The position numbers and the translations under genes are program-made. A stretch of DNA of 64,000 bases from Heptranchias perlo (Eukaryota), in NCBI RefSeq assembly GCF_035084215.1, contig NC_090354.1, forward strand, positions 30,504,001 through 30,568,000, given 5' to 3'. Positions 13,403-26,269 of this stretch are shown one piece after another. Positions within the stretch are counted from its first letter, which is position 1, and each line of letters begins with the position of its first letter. The notes beneath the pieces were generated by a model. That model searched no databases, was not told the origin of the DNA, and saw only the letters and a program-made list of their open reading frames with translations.

Positions 13403-14044
13403 CTTAAGCCGGGCCACTGGAAAACTGCAAAAATTCTGGAAAAGACCGAGGGGGCTTTCCCTCATTTCTTGCGGGAAACCTGGGACCTCCGTGGTGAGCA
13501 AGGCTCAATCACTCGCTGGATTCACGCGCTGAGTCATCGGCGGAAACTTCCATTTTCAAGATTCGAATCCGCACGCGCTTGCTAACTCAAAATAAATCCA
13601 GTCGCTCCTATTCCAGATGCTTAAACACACCTGAGAGCACAATGGGACAAACTGAAGAAAGTGCGAGAAGTTTTCGAGCTATTTAATTTATCAGAACTAA
13701 TCCATCCCAAACAGGGAGAGGAAAGGGAGGAACCAATGAGTCAAATCTCCCTTAATCGTCTGGTAAATAATTCAGACTTGTACAAGGTGAAGGAAGCACA
13801 AAGTAACACCCATTTTTTTTGGTCAGTTGAGCGAAGCTGTATTTTTCCCATATTATGGAGGCAGTCAGGAAATGACGAAAATCTCAGATTTCTCAGTCAG
13901 ACCCACAGGCTTCCAAAGAGTCACTGGACGAGGGGTCAGGAGCATGAACCATGGGTCCAAACGTTCCCAAGCTTCTTTCCGTGGTGCCCGCTTAGAGATT
14001 CATGTCCCCTGCACCTCCCTGGCCCCCCCTTATAGAGGAGGAGG

Positions 14045-15320
14045 CCCTTCCAGCCCCGCCATTCAATTAGATCATGACTGATCTATACCTCAACTCCATT
14101 TACCCTACTTTGCTCCATATCCCTCAATACCCATACCCAACAAAAATCTATCAATAAGAACAAAAGAAATAGGAGCAGGAGCAGGCCATACGATCCCTCG
14201 AGCCTGCTCCGCCATTCAATCAGATCATGATCTTCTACTTCAACTCCACTTTCCCGCCCAATCCCCATATCACTTGAATCCCTTAGCATCCAAAAATCTA
14301 TCGATCTCAGTCTTGAATGTATGATGTGGATCGATCTCAGTCTTGAATGTACTCAACGACTGAGCATCCACAGCCCTCTGGGGTAGAGAATTCCAAAGAT
14401 TCACGGCCCTCTGAGTGAAGAAATTTTTCCTCATCTCGGTCCTAAATGGCCAACCCCTTATCCTGAGACTATGCCCCCTAATTCTAAACTCTCCAGCCAG
14501 GGGAAACAGCCTCTCAGCATCTACCCTGTCAAACCCTCTAAGAATTTTATACGTTTCAATGAGATCACCTCTCATTCTTCTAAACTCCAGAGAATATCGG
14601 TCTCTCCTCATAGGACAACACTCTCATCCCAGGAATCAATCTAGTGAACCTTTGTTAAGTAAGGAGACCAAAACTGTACATAGTACTCCAGGTGTGGTCT
14701 CACCAGAGCCCTATATAATTGCAGCAAGACCGCCTTACTCTTATACTCCATCCCCCTTGCAATAAAGGCTAACATACCATTTGCCTTCCTAATTTCTTGC
14801 TGTTCCTGCATGTTAACTTTCTATAATTCGTGTACAAGGACACCCAAATCCTCTGAATACCAACATTTCTTAGTCTCTCACCTTTTAAAAAAATTCTGCT
14901 TTTCTATTCTTCCTACCAAAGTGAATAACCTCACATTTCCCCACATTATACTCCATCTGCCACCTTCTCACCTACTCACTTAACCTGTCCCCATCCCTTA
15001 GCAGATGCTTTGTGTCCTCCTCACAGCTTACTTTCCCACCTAGCTTTGTATCATCAGCAAACTTGGAAACATTACACTCAGTCCCCACATCTAAGTCATT
15101 AATATAGATTGTAAATAGTTGAGGCCCAAGCACTGATCCTTGCGGCACCCCACTAGTTACAGCCTGCCAACCCGAAAATGACCCGTTTATTCCTACTCTC
15201 TGTTTTCTGTCCGTTAAACAATCCTCTATCCATGACAATATATTACCCCGAACCCCATGAGCCCTAATCTCGTGTAACAATCTCTCATCGAATGCCTTTT
15301 GAAAATTCAAATATACAATC
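14045..15320 (-). mobile_element. CR1 LINE 3' part (RT C-terminus and 3' UTR), degenerate
   Basis: [33 protein letters not shown]; RRMRGDLIETYKIL..FFTQRAVNLWNSLP. Confidence 0.93.
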
Positions 15321-15815
15321 TCAGTTTTGAAAGCTCCAATCGAGCCTCAGCATCCACAGCCTTCTGGGGGAAGAGAGTTCCTGATTTCACTCCTGAATAG
15401 ACTAGCTCTAATTTTACGATTATGTTTACTTGTTCTGGATTCCCCCACCAGAGGAAATAGTCTCCCTGTATCTACCTTATCAAATCTCTTTATCATTTTA
15501 AACACCTCTTATCAGATCACCCCTCAACCTTCCACACACAAGGGAATACAAGACAGTTTTATGCAACTTGCATAGGTACAGAGAAACTAATGGGGAATCC
15601 AGAACAAGGGGACATAATCTTAAAATTAGAGCGAGACCCTTCAGGAGGGAAATCGGGAAGCACTTTTTCACACAAAGGGTAGTGGAAATCTGGAACTCTC
15701 TCCCCCAAAAGGCTGTGGATGCTGGGGGTCAATTGGAGCTTTCACGACTGAGATCGATGGATTTTTGTTAGGTGACGGTATCAAGGGATATGGATCAAAG
15801 GCAGGTGAGCAGAGT
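15321..15815. mobile_element. Two CR1 3' fragments in inverted orientation (minus 15321-15570, plus 15572-15815)
   Basis: Plus-strand RTRGHNLKIRARPFRREIGKHFFTQRVVEIWNSLP, with a homologous segment on the minus strand just upstream. Confidence 0.8.
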
Positions 15816-16254
15816 TGTACTGCAAAATCGCACGCACACCATAGAATGATAGGAAAAACATCACTGAATCCACAGGTTACTCGAAATCAGTCCCCTCACT
15901 GAGATATCAGCAATAAACTGATGGAAAATCTTAAGATGAGTTTCTCCCTGATAGTTCAGTAACTGCACTGCCCGGTCAGGTTCTGAGACAAGGAGAGCAG
16001 GAGGGTCAAAGCTTTCATCCCTGGTCTGTGCTGAGGTGGCTCATCTCAGCTAATGTGACATTAGGGCTGCTGCAACTGGCCCCAGTGCCCCAGAGTTAGA
16101 GGAGAAGGGTTAGCCCAGGCTCCCTGTCCTGAACCCTGCCCAGTGCATCCTGCTAGGAAGCATGTGCGTGAAAACATTGGGGCAGGGCGGGATATGCTGG
16201 GGGTGGGGGGGGCAAGGAGCAAGGGCTGACGTCCATACCCCCTGAAAAACCAGG

Positions 16255-17118
16255 ACCCCAACAAGAGTCAGTGCCCGTGGAACCCGTACCCCAGTGAGAG
16301 TCAATGCCCGTGGAACCCGTACCCCAACAAGAGTCAGTGCCCGTGGAACCCGTACCCCAACAAGAGTCAGTGCCCGTGGAACCCGTACCCCAGTGAGAGT
16401 CAATGCCCGTGGAACCCGTACCCCAGTGAGAGTCAGTGCTCGTGGAACCCGTACCCCAACAAGAGTCAATGCCCATGGGACCTGTACCCCAACAAGAGTC
16501 AGTGCCCGTGGAACCTGTACGCCAACAAGAGTCAGTGCCCGTGGAACCCATACCCCAACAAGAGTCAGTGCCCGTGGAACCTGTACGCCAACAAGAGTCA
16601 GTGCCCGTGGAACCCAGACCCCAACAAGAGTCAGTGCTCGTGGAACCCATACCCCAACAAGAGTCAATGCCCATGGGACCTGTACCCCAACAAGAGTCAG
16701 TACCCATGGGACCTGTACCCCAACAAGAGTCAGTGCCCGTGGAACCTGTACGCCAACAAGAGTCAGTGCCCGTGGAACCTGTACGCCAACAAGAGTCAGT
16801 GCCCGTGGAACCCATACCCCAACAAGAGTCAGTGCCCGTGGAACCTGTACGCCAACAAGAGTCATTGCCTGTGGAACCCAGACCCCAACAAGAGTCAGTA
16901 CCCGTGGAACCTGTATCATAACGAGAAGCAATGCCCATAAAACCCGCACCCCAGCGAGAGGCAGTGTCTGTGGAACCCGCACCCAAACGAGAGTCAGTAC
17001 CCATGGAACCCGTACCCCAACAAGAGGCAGTGCCTGTGGAACCTGTACCCCAAAGAGAGGCAGTGCCCATGGAATCCGTACCCCAACGAGAAGCAATGCC
17101 CATGGAATCCATTCCCCA
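16255..17118. repeat. Minisatellite, 33-bp unit (CCCCAACAAGAGTCAGTGCCCGTGGAACCCGTA)
   Basis: About 26 tandem copies, more degenerate toward the 3' end. Confidence 0.97.
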
Positions 17119-17176
17119 ATGAGAGACAGTGCCTTCAGGAGAGGAATGGAGAGAAATTAACAATAATAAAAAGACA

Positions 17177-17372
17177 AAGTGAATGCACTGCCAGAAAGGG
17201 TGGTGGAAGCAGATTCCATAGTAATTTTGAAAAAGGAATTGGATGAATAGTTGAAGGGGAAAATATTGCAGGGCTATGTGGAAAGAGCGGGGGAGTGGGA
17301 CTAATTGGATAACTTTCAAAAAGCCGGCACAGGCACGATGGGCCGATTGGCCTCCTCCTGTGCTGTATGTTT
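17177..17372 (+). mobile_element. CR1 3' terminal fragment
   Basis: tgaatgcactgccagaaagggtggtggaagcag...gatgggccgattggcctcctcctgtgctgta. Confidence 0.8.
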
Positions 17373-17869
17373 ACTGAGGTGATAGGTTAGTGTCGTTATT
17401 TTGTCAAAGCCGTTCAGTTTCTAAAGCGAGAAGCAACAGCCTGGATACAGTTTACTGCCACACATTAAGACACACTAACAAGGAGAGTAGAGGAACTCAC
17501 AGTCACCTCCAACCCAGCAGCAAGCGGGCAGACTCTGGCATCTCCACTGCGAGGACCAAATCAGAGCGCAGAAAAATTAAACCTCGGTAAATATCTGTAA
17601 ACAGGCAGCTCACTTACAGAGACTTTGAACTTGGTAAGTCAGAGAATACTTTTCCGTGTTTCCTCTGTGTCTTCTTTGCTTTAAACCAGTTTGTGTTCTC
17701 CTTCCAGTATCACATTACAGCCAGTCCAGACTATCCACCTCCAACCACATTTAGAACGACACAGCTGGGCTGGGAGCCAGCTCTCACTGAGGTACCTGGC
17801 CACTCCTCGCCACATAGTTACAATTAATCATATACAGGAAACACAAGCTCCATGAGATGCTCTGAAGAC

Positions 17870-18622
17870 ACCTCGTCCCACCCACACCAGCAGCCTGTCA
17901 CTGTGGAGTGTCCCAGCTCTCCCAACAGGCACCAGCAGCCTGTCATTGTGGAGTGTCCCAGCTCACCCCACACACACCAGCAGCTTGTCACTGTGGAGTG
18001 TCCCAGCTCACCCAACAGGCACCAGTAGCCTGTCATTGTGGAGTGTCCCAGCTCACCCAACATGCACCAGCAGCTTGTCACTGTGGAGTGTCCCAGCTCA
18101 CCCAACAGGCACCAGTAGCCTGTCATTGTGGAGTGTCCCAGCTCACCCAACAGGCACCAGCAGCTTGTCACTGTGGAGTGTCCCAGCTCTCCCAACAGGC
18201 ACCAGTAGCCTGTCATTGTGGAGTGTCCCAGCTCACCCAACAGGCACCAGCAGCTTGTCACTGTGGAGTGTCCCAGCTCATCCAACGGGCACCAGCAGCC
18301 TCTCATTTTGGAGTGTCCCAGCTCACCCAACAGGTACCAGTAGCCTGTTATTGTGGAGTTTCTCACCTCATCCAACAGGCACCAGCAGACTGTCATTGTG
18401 GAGTGTCCCAGCTCACCCCACACACACCAGCAGCTTGTCACTGTGGAGTGTCCCAGCTCACCCAACAGGCACCAGTAGCCTGTCATTTTGGAGTGTCCCA
18501 GCTCATCCAACAGGCACCAGCAGGCTGTCCACGTGGAGTGTCCCATTTCATCCCACCCACACCAGCAGCGAGTCACAGTGGAATTTCGCAGCTCACCCCG
18601 CACATACCAGCAGGCTGTCACT
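17870..18622. repeat. Minisatellite, 45-bp unit with 90-bp dimer alternation
   Basis: GTGGAGTGTCCCAGCTCACCCAACAGGCACCAGCAGCTTGTCACT variants, about 16 copies. Confidence 0.95.
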
Positions 18623-18981
18623 TTAAAGTATTCCAGCTTATTCAATGTTTTTATTTTTATTTGTCAATATTCATCACCTCCTCTCCCGAAGGAACTGGAT
18701 CCTGTGGGAGTATAAGTCCCTCTGGGCCGCCCATCCTCCGTTTCCACTCCCAATCCCTATTCATGTATGAGGCCAGGTGTCAGCAGGCTATTCACCTGTG
18801 AGAGGCATCACAGACAATCCCACCCCTTTCATTCCTGGACATGTAATTGCCACCAGGGCTCAATAGATAAGGAACAGGAACCCTGGGTCCAATTTTCCTC
18901 TTGTTACCACTCCACGGCCTGGAGAATGAGGAGAGGCATGTAATGCCAGGTCTCCACCCCAGACATGCATGATGTGCAAGG

Positions 18982-19438
18982 TGTCAGCCGTGGCTCAGTG
19001 GGTAGCACTCGCCAGAAGATCATGGGTTCAAACCCCACTCCGGGGACTTGAGCACATAATCTATGCTGACACTCCAGTACAGTACTGAGGGAGTGCTGCA
19101 CTGTCGGAGGTGCCGTCTTTCAGATGAGACATTAAACTGAGGTCCGTCTGCCCTCTCAGGTGGATGTAAACAATCCCACGGCACTATTTGAAGAAGAGCA
19201 GGGAGTTCTCCCCGGTGTCCTGGTCAATATTTATCCCTCAACCAACATCACTAAAAACAGATTAACTGGTCATTATCACATTGCTGTTTGTGGGAACTTG
19301 CTGTGTGCTCATTGGCTGCCATATTTCCTACATTACAACAGTGACTACACTTCAAAAGTAATTAATTGATTGTGAGGCATTTTGGGACGTCCTAAGGTCG
19401 TGCAAGGCGCTATATAAATGCAAGTCTTTCTTTCTTTC
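18982..19438 (+). mobile_element. Full-length SacSINE1-like SINE
   Basis: A and B boxes, Deu-like core, tail aaggcgctatataaatgcaagtctttctttctttc. Confidence 0.9.
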
Positions 19439-19646
19439 TATTTCCAGTGGGTGAATGAGCAGGTATTGGAAACTCCTGCCTGAAATGGGATGGTGCCAGC
19501 AAACAATGGGTTAACGCCCGGAGGTGAAGAATAATTCCTCTGCCTCCATTTCCTGTGTTAACTCTGGGCCGAACACTTCTAATTATTCCCTATGTAAACA
19601 GGATTACCAGGGACTGAGGGTTATACGAAAGTAAACTTTAAGACGC

Positions 19647-19832
19647 TGGGGGTATTTTTAAGTTAATTCCCCGAGCGGGAATCCCAGGGGATCGGGTGGA
19701 ATGCTGGTTTTACTCCCCGTCAAATATTACTCTCCAGTGACTTCAACAGAGAGTAAAATCGGGCGGGTTGTAAAGGCAGCGTCACACCCGATCCCCTGGG
19801 ATTCCCAACGGGCCGATTAGGTTAACAATAAG
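19647..19832. mobile_element. Palindromic MITE (partial relative at 22510-22590; related centre at 49259-49442)
   Basis: Arms gggaatcccaggggatcgggtg and cacccgatcccctgggattccc are exact reverse complements; centre ctccagtgacttcaacagag. Confidence 0.75.
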
Positions 19833-20099
19833 AGCCCACCTACCAGTACCCACACACTCAAGTCTTTACAGAGCGAGGCAAACGGCAGATAATCAGTGCG
19901 TGCAAAGGCTCCAATTCTGAAGGTAAGTTCTGACAGATGCCACAGGTATGTGTGAAGGTTATATTTGGTGGTTCTTTGTAATTGCTCTAATCACAGCATG
20001 TCATGTTTCAGGTGATACTGTATGAAAGAAGGTATTCCACGGTGATAATCAGCCAGCAAAGGCCAGAATGGTTGCAACAACTGCGGGAAGCTTTTTTTT

Positions 20100-20560
20100 T
20101 AACTCATTCATGGGATGTGGGCGTCGCTGGCAAGGCCAGCATTTATTGCCCATCCCTAATTGCCCTTGAGAAGGTGGTGGTGAGCCGCCTTCTTGAACCG
20201 CTGCAGTCCGTGTGGTGACGGTTCTCCCACAGTGCTGTTAGGAAGGGAGTTCCAGGATTTTGACCCAGCGACGATGAAGTAACGGCGATATATTTCCAAG
20301 TCGGGATGGTGTGTGACTTGGAGGGGAACGTGCAGGTGGTGTTGTTCCCATGTGCCTGCTGCCCTTGTCCTTCTAGGTGGTAGAGGTCGCGGGTTTGGGA
20401 GGTGCTGTCGAAGAAGTCTTGGCGAGTTGCTGCAGTGCATCCTGTGGATGGTACACACTGCAGCCACTGTGCGCCGGTGGTGAAGGGAGTGAATGTTTAG
20501 GGTGGTGGATGGGGTGCCAATCAAGCGGCTGCTTTGTCCTGGATGGTGTCAAGCTTCTTG
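20100..20560 (-). mobile_element. 3' end of a CR1/L2-group LINE (same family as 3160-3540)
   Basis: ORF 20156-20524 (LNIHSLHHRRTVAAVCTI...SKSWNSLP...HHHLLKGN); short A-rich tail on the minus strand near 20093-20100. Confidence 0.85.
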
Positions 20561-20696
20561 AGCTGACCTCATAAGGTCTGGATCAGCGGAAAGCCAGTGG
20601 CGGAGTTGTGTCATCTGCTGTAATTTGCAGCCAACATGTACCATAATGTGGGCATGGTTAATGACTGTACCGGTTGGCTCAAGGTTGCTTGAGGTG

Positions 20697-22322
20697 ACAG
20701 TCGTGGCTCAGTGGGTAGCACTCTCGCCTCTAGGTCAGAAGGTTTTAGGTTCAAATCCCACTCTGGAGACTTGAGCACAAAATCTAGGCTGACGCACTCC
20801 AGCTGCAGTATTGAGGGGGTGCTGCCTTTTGGATGAGATGTTAAACCGAGGCCCTGTCTGCCCTCTCAGGTGGACATGGAAGTGGTTTTCTCAGGCGTAC
20901 CGAAAACTCACCTCTCACTATAAGTTCTGGAATGACAGGGATTATAAGGACAGACCAGACTCCGACACACGTTTTCGGGCTCACCCGTATTGTGTTTAAT
21001 AAGATTAACAATAACACTAGTAAACAGTACAAACAGTACAACCCTGGCTTGTCCAATAAGCCCCACCGTGCTAAATTACCACGGCCTAATAAGAAATAAA
21101 TTAACCCAGGACCCCCCAGCACTAAAACCCTCCAAGGTTTGGTTGGGACTTACAATCACCCCCTCACACGGCTCAGTGGTCTTGTGGGTGTGTCGCGCAG
21201 ACAATACGCTCACCCCGATTGCCCGCTGTTGCTTGCAGTTCCTTCCTGCGCGTCTCGCTCCTGGTTCCGTACCGCCGACGCGGTATCCAAGTTCCAGTTT
21301 GAGTCGAGGTCCGTTGATGAGGGATGAAGAGCAGCGCTCAGCTTCAGGCGGTGTTCCATTGAATCGAGCCGAGCCCCACTCGGGAGACTCGCTGTAGATT
21401 GATGCCGAGGAGAAGAGAGGAGAGCGCAGAGCAGAGCCAGGCCAGGAATCGTTGCCAAACGGCTCATCCCCAAAACCCATCACCTTTTCTCCCGCCAATA
21501 CTGATCGATGTATTGACTCAGGCGATCTGTCTGGCCTCCCGTGGCCTGGAGTGACTCATAATCTTTGAAATCTTTGTGAAAAATGTTATTTTGTTTTCCC
21601 GCTCCCAGGCCTTGTACCTGGAGAGACAATGGGTGCTGATTACTGGGTGTCTGTCGTTTCCTGAGTTGATGGCCCCCATTAGCAGGTAATGGGTTTCAAT
21701 CTCAAACCGATCTTGCTTAACTGGCTTCTCTCCTGGAAGATCTCCCGGCCATCTCCTGCCTTCCACCAGTTTCGGTTGGGACTGGGTGTCTCTGAGTTCC
21801 CTCTCGGGGTATTGTTCCCAGTAATCATGTTAAATGGTGATGACGTCAATCGGCCTGGGTTCCCTTCCACCCAGCCTGTCAGTGTGAGATGTCCGTTTGT
21901 ATATGAATGAACCTTAGTCGGGTTAACCTGGCTCGAAACTCCTGCCAGTCAATCCTATTCCCTAAGCCACTCCCACAAGCTTGCCAAACAGTACAGTTCT
22001 TTCTTGGGGGTATTGGATTTAAAGTATGATTCATAAAAATGGCCAGAACGCTGGTGCTACAACATAAAAGATCCCACGACACTATTCGAAGAAGGGCAAA
22101 GCCGTTCTCCCCGGTGTCCTGAACAATATTCATCCCTCAGCATCACTAAAATGGATCATCTGGTCATTATCTCATTGCCGTTTGTGGGATCTTGCTGTGC
22201 GCAGATTGGCTGCTGCGTTTCCTACATTTTACAGTGACTACACTTCAAAAAAATACTTAATTGGTTGTAAAGGCCTTTGAGACGTCCTGAGGTGGTGAAA
22301 GGCGCTATATAAATGCAAGTAT
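20697..22322 (+). mobile_element. SacSINE1-like SINE split into 20697-20877 and 22062-22322 by an insertion
   Basis: Left part ends ctctcaggtggacat; right part resumes acataaaagatcccacgac, which is continuous with the consensus. Confidence 0.85.
20878..22061 (-). mobile_element. Probable solo LTR (about 1.18 kb) with 4-bp TSD ACAT
   Basis: Inserted in a SINE with ACAT on both sides (20874-20877 and 22062-22065). The minus strand starts TGTAGC and has ATTAAA near its 3' end. No coding homology. The 3' end reads ..ACTTCC rather than ..CA. Confidence 0.7.
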
Positions 22323-23271
22323 TACCTTTACTCTTCCAGCCTTGCTGCAACACTGACCTACAGGACTGGTGGCATAGAGGGTAACCCTAACCACAGCCAC
22401 CTCATACCACTAATGCCAGCGCCTTGAATTACCTTTACCTTCATTTGTGACCATCACTCCTTAATCCCCTCGCCCTTCAACCTCAGCGCGTGGGTTGAGA
22501 TGCGTTTTAAACATTTTAAGATAATTCGCCAGGCGGGAATCCCACGGGATCGGGTGGAACGCCAATTTTACACCCGCCCAATATTACCGGATTTCCGAAC
22601 TTTAGCCAGCCTATTGTGGCATAGGCCTTTATTTGGCCCCATCCCTTTAATTTGCAGTTTACAGGCAATTTCCCACTCCCACCGCTCATGCAAATGTTCA
22701 CATCCACATCAGGATCTGTGAATAATTATACAAATGAGCCAGTGTGAGCTCTCTTAAGACATCAGTACTCTGGTGAAGACTGGCACCCACCCATCACCAT
22801 TTATAACACAGACAGCAAAATCACCCCCATCACCCCCAAATGTAGTGTCCCAAATATTACCCCAGCTAAGTCAGGTAAGATGGAGCCTGTGAGTAGCCCG
22901 GTGCCACACTGCGAGGCACATTTATCCTTAAAGTCATCAGCGGAACATCCCAACATTTTTTAATTGACAACACAATTATCGGCTGGTTTGTTTAAGCTCT
23001 GCCATTTGCCCACTCGCAATTTGTCATGTTAGAAATTGGCTTTAAAATGCTCAAATGGAAATGAATATCTGGAAGAAGATCTGTGGCAGATCGGGGCCCC
23101 ACCACACTGCACACTGACCTCGGGCAAGGTCACCTCACCTCCTGAATTCCTGATCTCGGCCGAGGCGGTGAGTGGAGAGGATGGGAGGGAGGGGATAGAG
23201 TCAAGACAGCTTTCAAAATACAGAAGGAACCTGGTCAGCAGGAGCTGGATAAATTACAGAGACAGCCAATA

Positions 23272-23785
23272 GCAACAACAACTTGCATTTATATAGCGCC
23301 TTTAACATAGTAAGAAGTCCCAAGGTGCTTCAAAGCAGCGTTATCTAACAAAATTTGACACCATGTCATATTAGGAGATATTGGGACATGAGACCAAAAG
23401 CTTGGTCAAAGAGGTTGGCTTTAAGAAACATCCTAAGGAAGAGAGAGAGGTACAGAGGTTTAGGGAGGGAATTCCAGAGCTTAGGGCCTGGGCAGGCATG
23501 GTGGGGTGATTAAAATCGGGGATCCATAAGAGGCCAGAATTGGAGGAGCGCAGAGATCTCGGAAGGTTGTAGGGCTGGAGGAGGTTACAGAGATAAGGAG
23601 GGGCGAAGCCATTTGAAAACAAGGATGAGAATTTTAAAATCGAGACGTTCCCGGACCGGGAGCCAATGTAGGTCAGCGAGCACAGGGGAGATGGGAAAAC
23701 AGGACTTGGTGCGAGTTAGAATACGGGCAGCAGAGTTTTGGATGAGCTGAAGTTTATGGAGGGTGGAAGATGGGAGGTCGGCCCG
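23272..23785 (-). mobile_element. L2 LINE 3' end
   Basis: APPYLCNLLQPYNLPRSLRSSNSGLL motif; tail ttaaaggcgctatataaatgcaagttgttgttg. Confidence 0.85.
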
Positions 23786-24257
23786 TCAAATGGCAGGAGG
23801 AGGAAACCAGAGAACCATCACTGAGAACACTTCATGTTACACCAAAGAGTTTGAAAAAACACACAGTAAAGCAAAGGAGAAAAGTGTTGGGTCACAGTGA
23901 GAATCAGCAATCCAGAAACGGCAGAGCTAGTGAATAGTTCGACCACATCTGTCTCCACTCAGCAACAGCAGGGAAAATTACCGCGGCCAGGAGTGGAAGA
24001 GGAGGAGCCTGATCATCTCATCATGGCTCTGGGAAATGGCTATATAAGGAAAAGAACCAGGGCCAACACATCCCATCTGCAGGGTCAAAAGAAAAATCCG
24101 CAAATCTCAAATACAGTAGAACATTCTGGAAATGCAGCAGGTCGGTCAGCGTCTGAGACGAGGAAGGGGATTGCGGGTAACATTACATTGTTCTATCAAC
24201 GGATCCACACCTGAAACATTTACCTGTCTTCCTTCTCCACAGATTAAGATGGATCCA

Positions 24258-24429
24258 GAATGAAATCAGGAAGCACTTTTTCACACCAAGGGTAGTGGAA
24301 ATCTGGAATTCTCTCCCCAAAAAGACTGTGGATGCTGGGGGTCAATTGGAGCTTTCAAGACTGAGATCGATGGATTTTTGTTGGGTAAGGGTGTCAACAG
24401 ATATGGAGCAAAGGTGGGTAAATGGAGTT
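24258..24429 (+). mobile_element. Older CR1 3' fragment, interrupted by a younger CR1 and resuming at 26270-26340
   Basis: aagcactttttcacaccaagggtagtggaaatctggaatt...aatggagtt, resuming gttgaggtacagatcagccatg. Confidence 0.8.
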
Positions 24430-26269
24430 ATAGAGTCATAGAGTCATAGAGTTATACAGCACGGATAGAGGCCCTTCGGCCCATCGTGTCCGCGCCGGCC
24501 ATCAGCCCTGTCTACTCTAATCCCATATTCCAGCATTTGGTCCGTAGCCTTGTATGCTATGGCATTTCAAATGCTCATCCAAATGCTTCTTGAATGTTGT
24601 GAGGGTTCCTGCCTCCACAACCCTTTCAGGCAGTGAGTTCCAGACTCCAACCACCCTCTGGGTGAAAAAGTTCTTTCTCAAATCCCCTCTAAACCTCCCG
24701 CCTTTTACCTTGAATCTATGTCCCCTTGTTATAGAACCCTCAACGAAGGGAAAAAGCTCCTTAGTATCCATCCTATCTGTGCCCCTCATAATTTTGTACA
24801 CCTCAATCATGTCCCCCCTCAGCCTCCTCTGCTCCAAGGAAAACAAACCCAATCTTCCCAGTCTCTCTTCATAGCTGAAGCGCTCCAGCCCTGGTAACAT
24901 CCTGGTGAATCTCCTCTGCACCCTCTCCAAAGCGATCACATCCTTCCTGTAGTGTGGCGACCAGAACTGCACACAGTACTCCAGCTGTGGCCTAACCAGT
25001 GTTTTATACAGCTCCATCATAACCTCCTTGCTCTTATATTCTATGCCTCGGCTAATAAAGGCAAGTATCCCATATGCCTTCTTTACCACCTTATCTACCT
25101 GTTCCGCCGCCTTCAGGGATCTGTGAACTTGCACACCAAGATCCCTCTGACCCTCTGTCTTGCCTAGGGTCCTCCCATTCATTGTGTATTCCCTTGCCTT
25201 GTTAGTCCCTCCAAAGTGCATCACCTCGCACTTTTCCGGGTTAAATTCCATTTGCCACTGTTCCGCCCATCTGACCAACCCATCTATATCGTCCTGCAGA
25301 CTGAGGCTATCCTCCTCGCTATTTACCACCCTACCAATTTTTGTATCATCAGCGAACTTACTGATCATACCTTTTACATTCATATCCAAGTCATTAATGT
25401 AGACCACAAACAGCAAGGGACCCAGCACCAATCCCTGTGGTACCCCACTGGCCACAGGCTTCCAGTCACAAAAACAACCTTCGACCATCACCCTCTGCCT
25501 TCTGCCACTAAGCCAGTTTTGTATCCAAAGTGCCAAGGCACCCTGGATTCCATGGGCTCGTACCTTCTTGACCAGTCTCCTGTGGGGGACTTTATCGAAG
25601 GCCTTACTGAAATCCATGTATACCACATCCACTGTGTTACCCTCATCCACACGCCTAGTCACCCCCTCAAAAAATTCAATCAAATTAGTCAGACATGATC
25701 TTCCCTTGACAAAGCCATGTTGACTATCCCTGATTAATCCTTGCTTCTCCAAGTGGAGACTAATTTTGTCCTTCAGAATTTTTTCCAATAATTTTCCTAC
25801 CACTGATGTTAGGCTCACTGGCCTGTAGTTCCCCGGTTTTTCCCTACTCCCCTTCTTGAATAATGGTATTACATTAGCGGTTCTCCAGTCCTCTGGCACA
25901 TCCCCTGTGGCCAGAGAGGTTCTGAATATATGTGTCAGAGCCCCCGCAATCTCCTCCTTTGCCTCACACAGTAGCCTGGGATACATTTCGTCCGGGCCTG
26001 GGGATTTATCCATTTTTAGGCCTGCTAAAACCGCCAATACCTCCTCCCGCTCGATGTTAATATGTTCGAGTATATCACAGTCCCCCTGCCGTATTTCTAT
26101 GTCTACATCGTCCTTCTCCATAGTGAAAACAGATGCAAAAAATTCATTTAGAACCCCTCCTACATCTGCCGGCTCCACACACAGATTGCCATTTTTGTCC
26201 CTAATGGGCCCTATTTTTTCCCTAGTCATCCTCTTACCCTTAATATACTTATAAAACATCTTAGGATTT
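24430..26269 (-). mobile_element. Young 5'-truncated CR1 LINE with an uninterrupted 580-aa RT frame (24517-26259)
   Basis: KSPGPD, NYRPVSLTS, DFSKAFDKVPH, GVPQG.VLGP, KFADDTK with no stops; (CTATGACT)n 8-bp tail; GTT on both sides of the insertion. Confidence 0.97.

Noticed and set aside
16255-17118. CRISPR-like appearance of the 33-bp arrays
   Set aside because: Head-to-tail repeats without unique spacers, no cas genes, vertebrate context.
18982-19060. tRNA-like A/B boxes
   Set aside because: These are SINE heads, with no complete cloverleaf, continuing into the SINE body.
23897-24214. 105-aa ORF RISNPETAELV..
   Set aside because: Non-ATG start, no homology recognised, and its 3' part runs into a Penelope-derived repeat.
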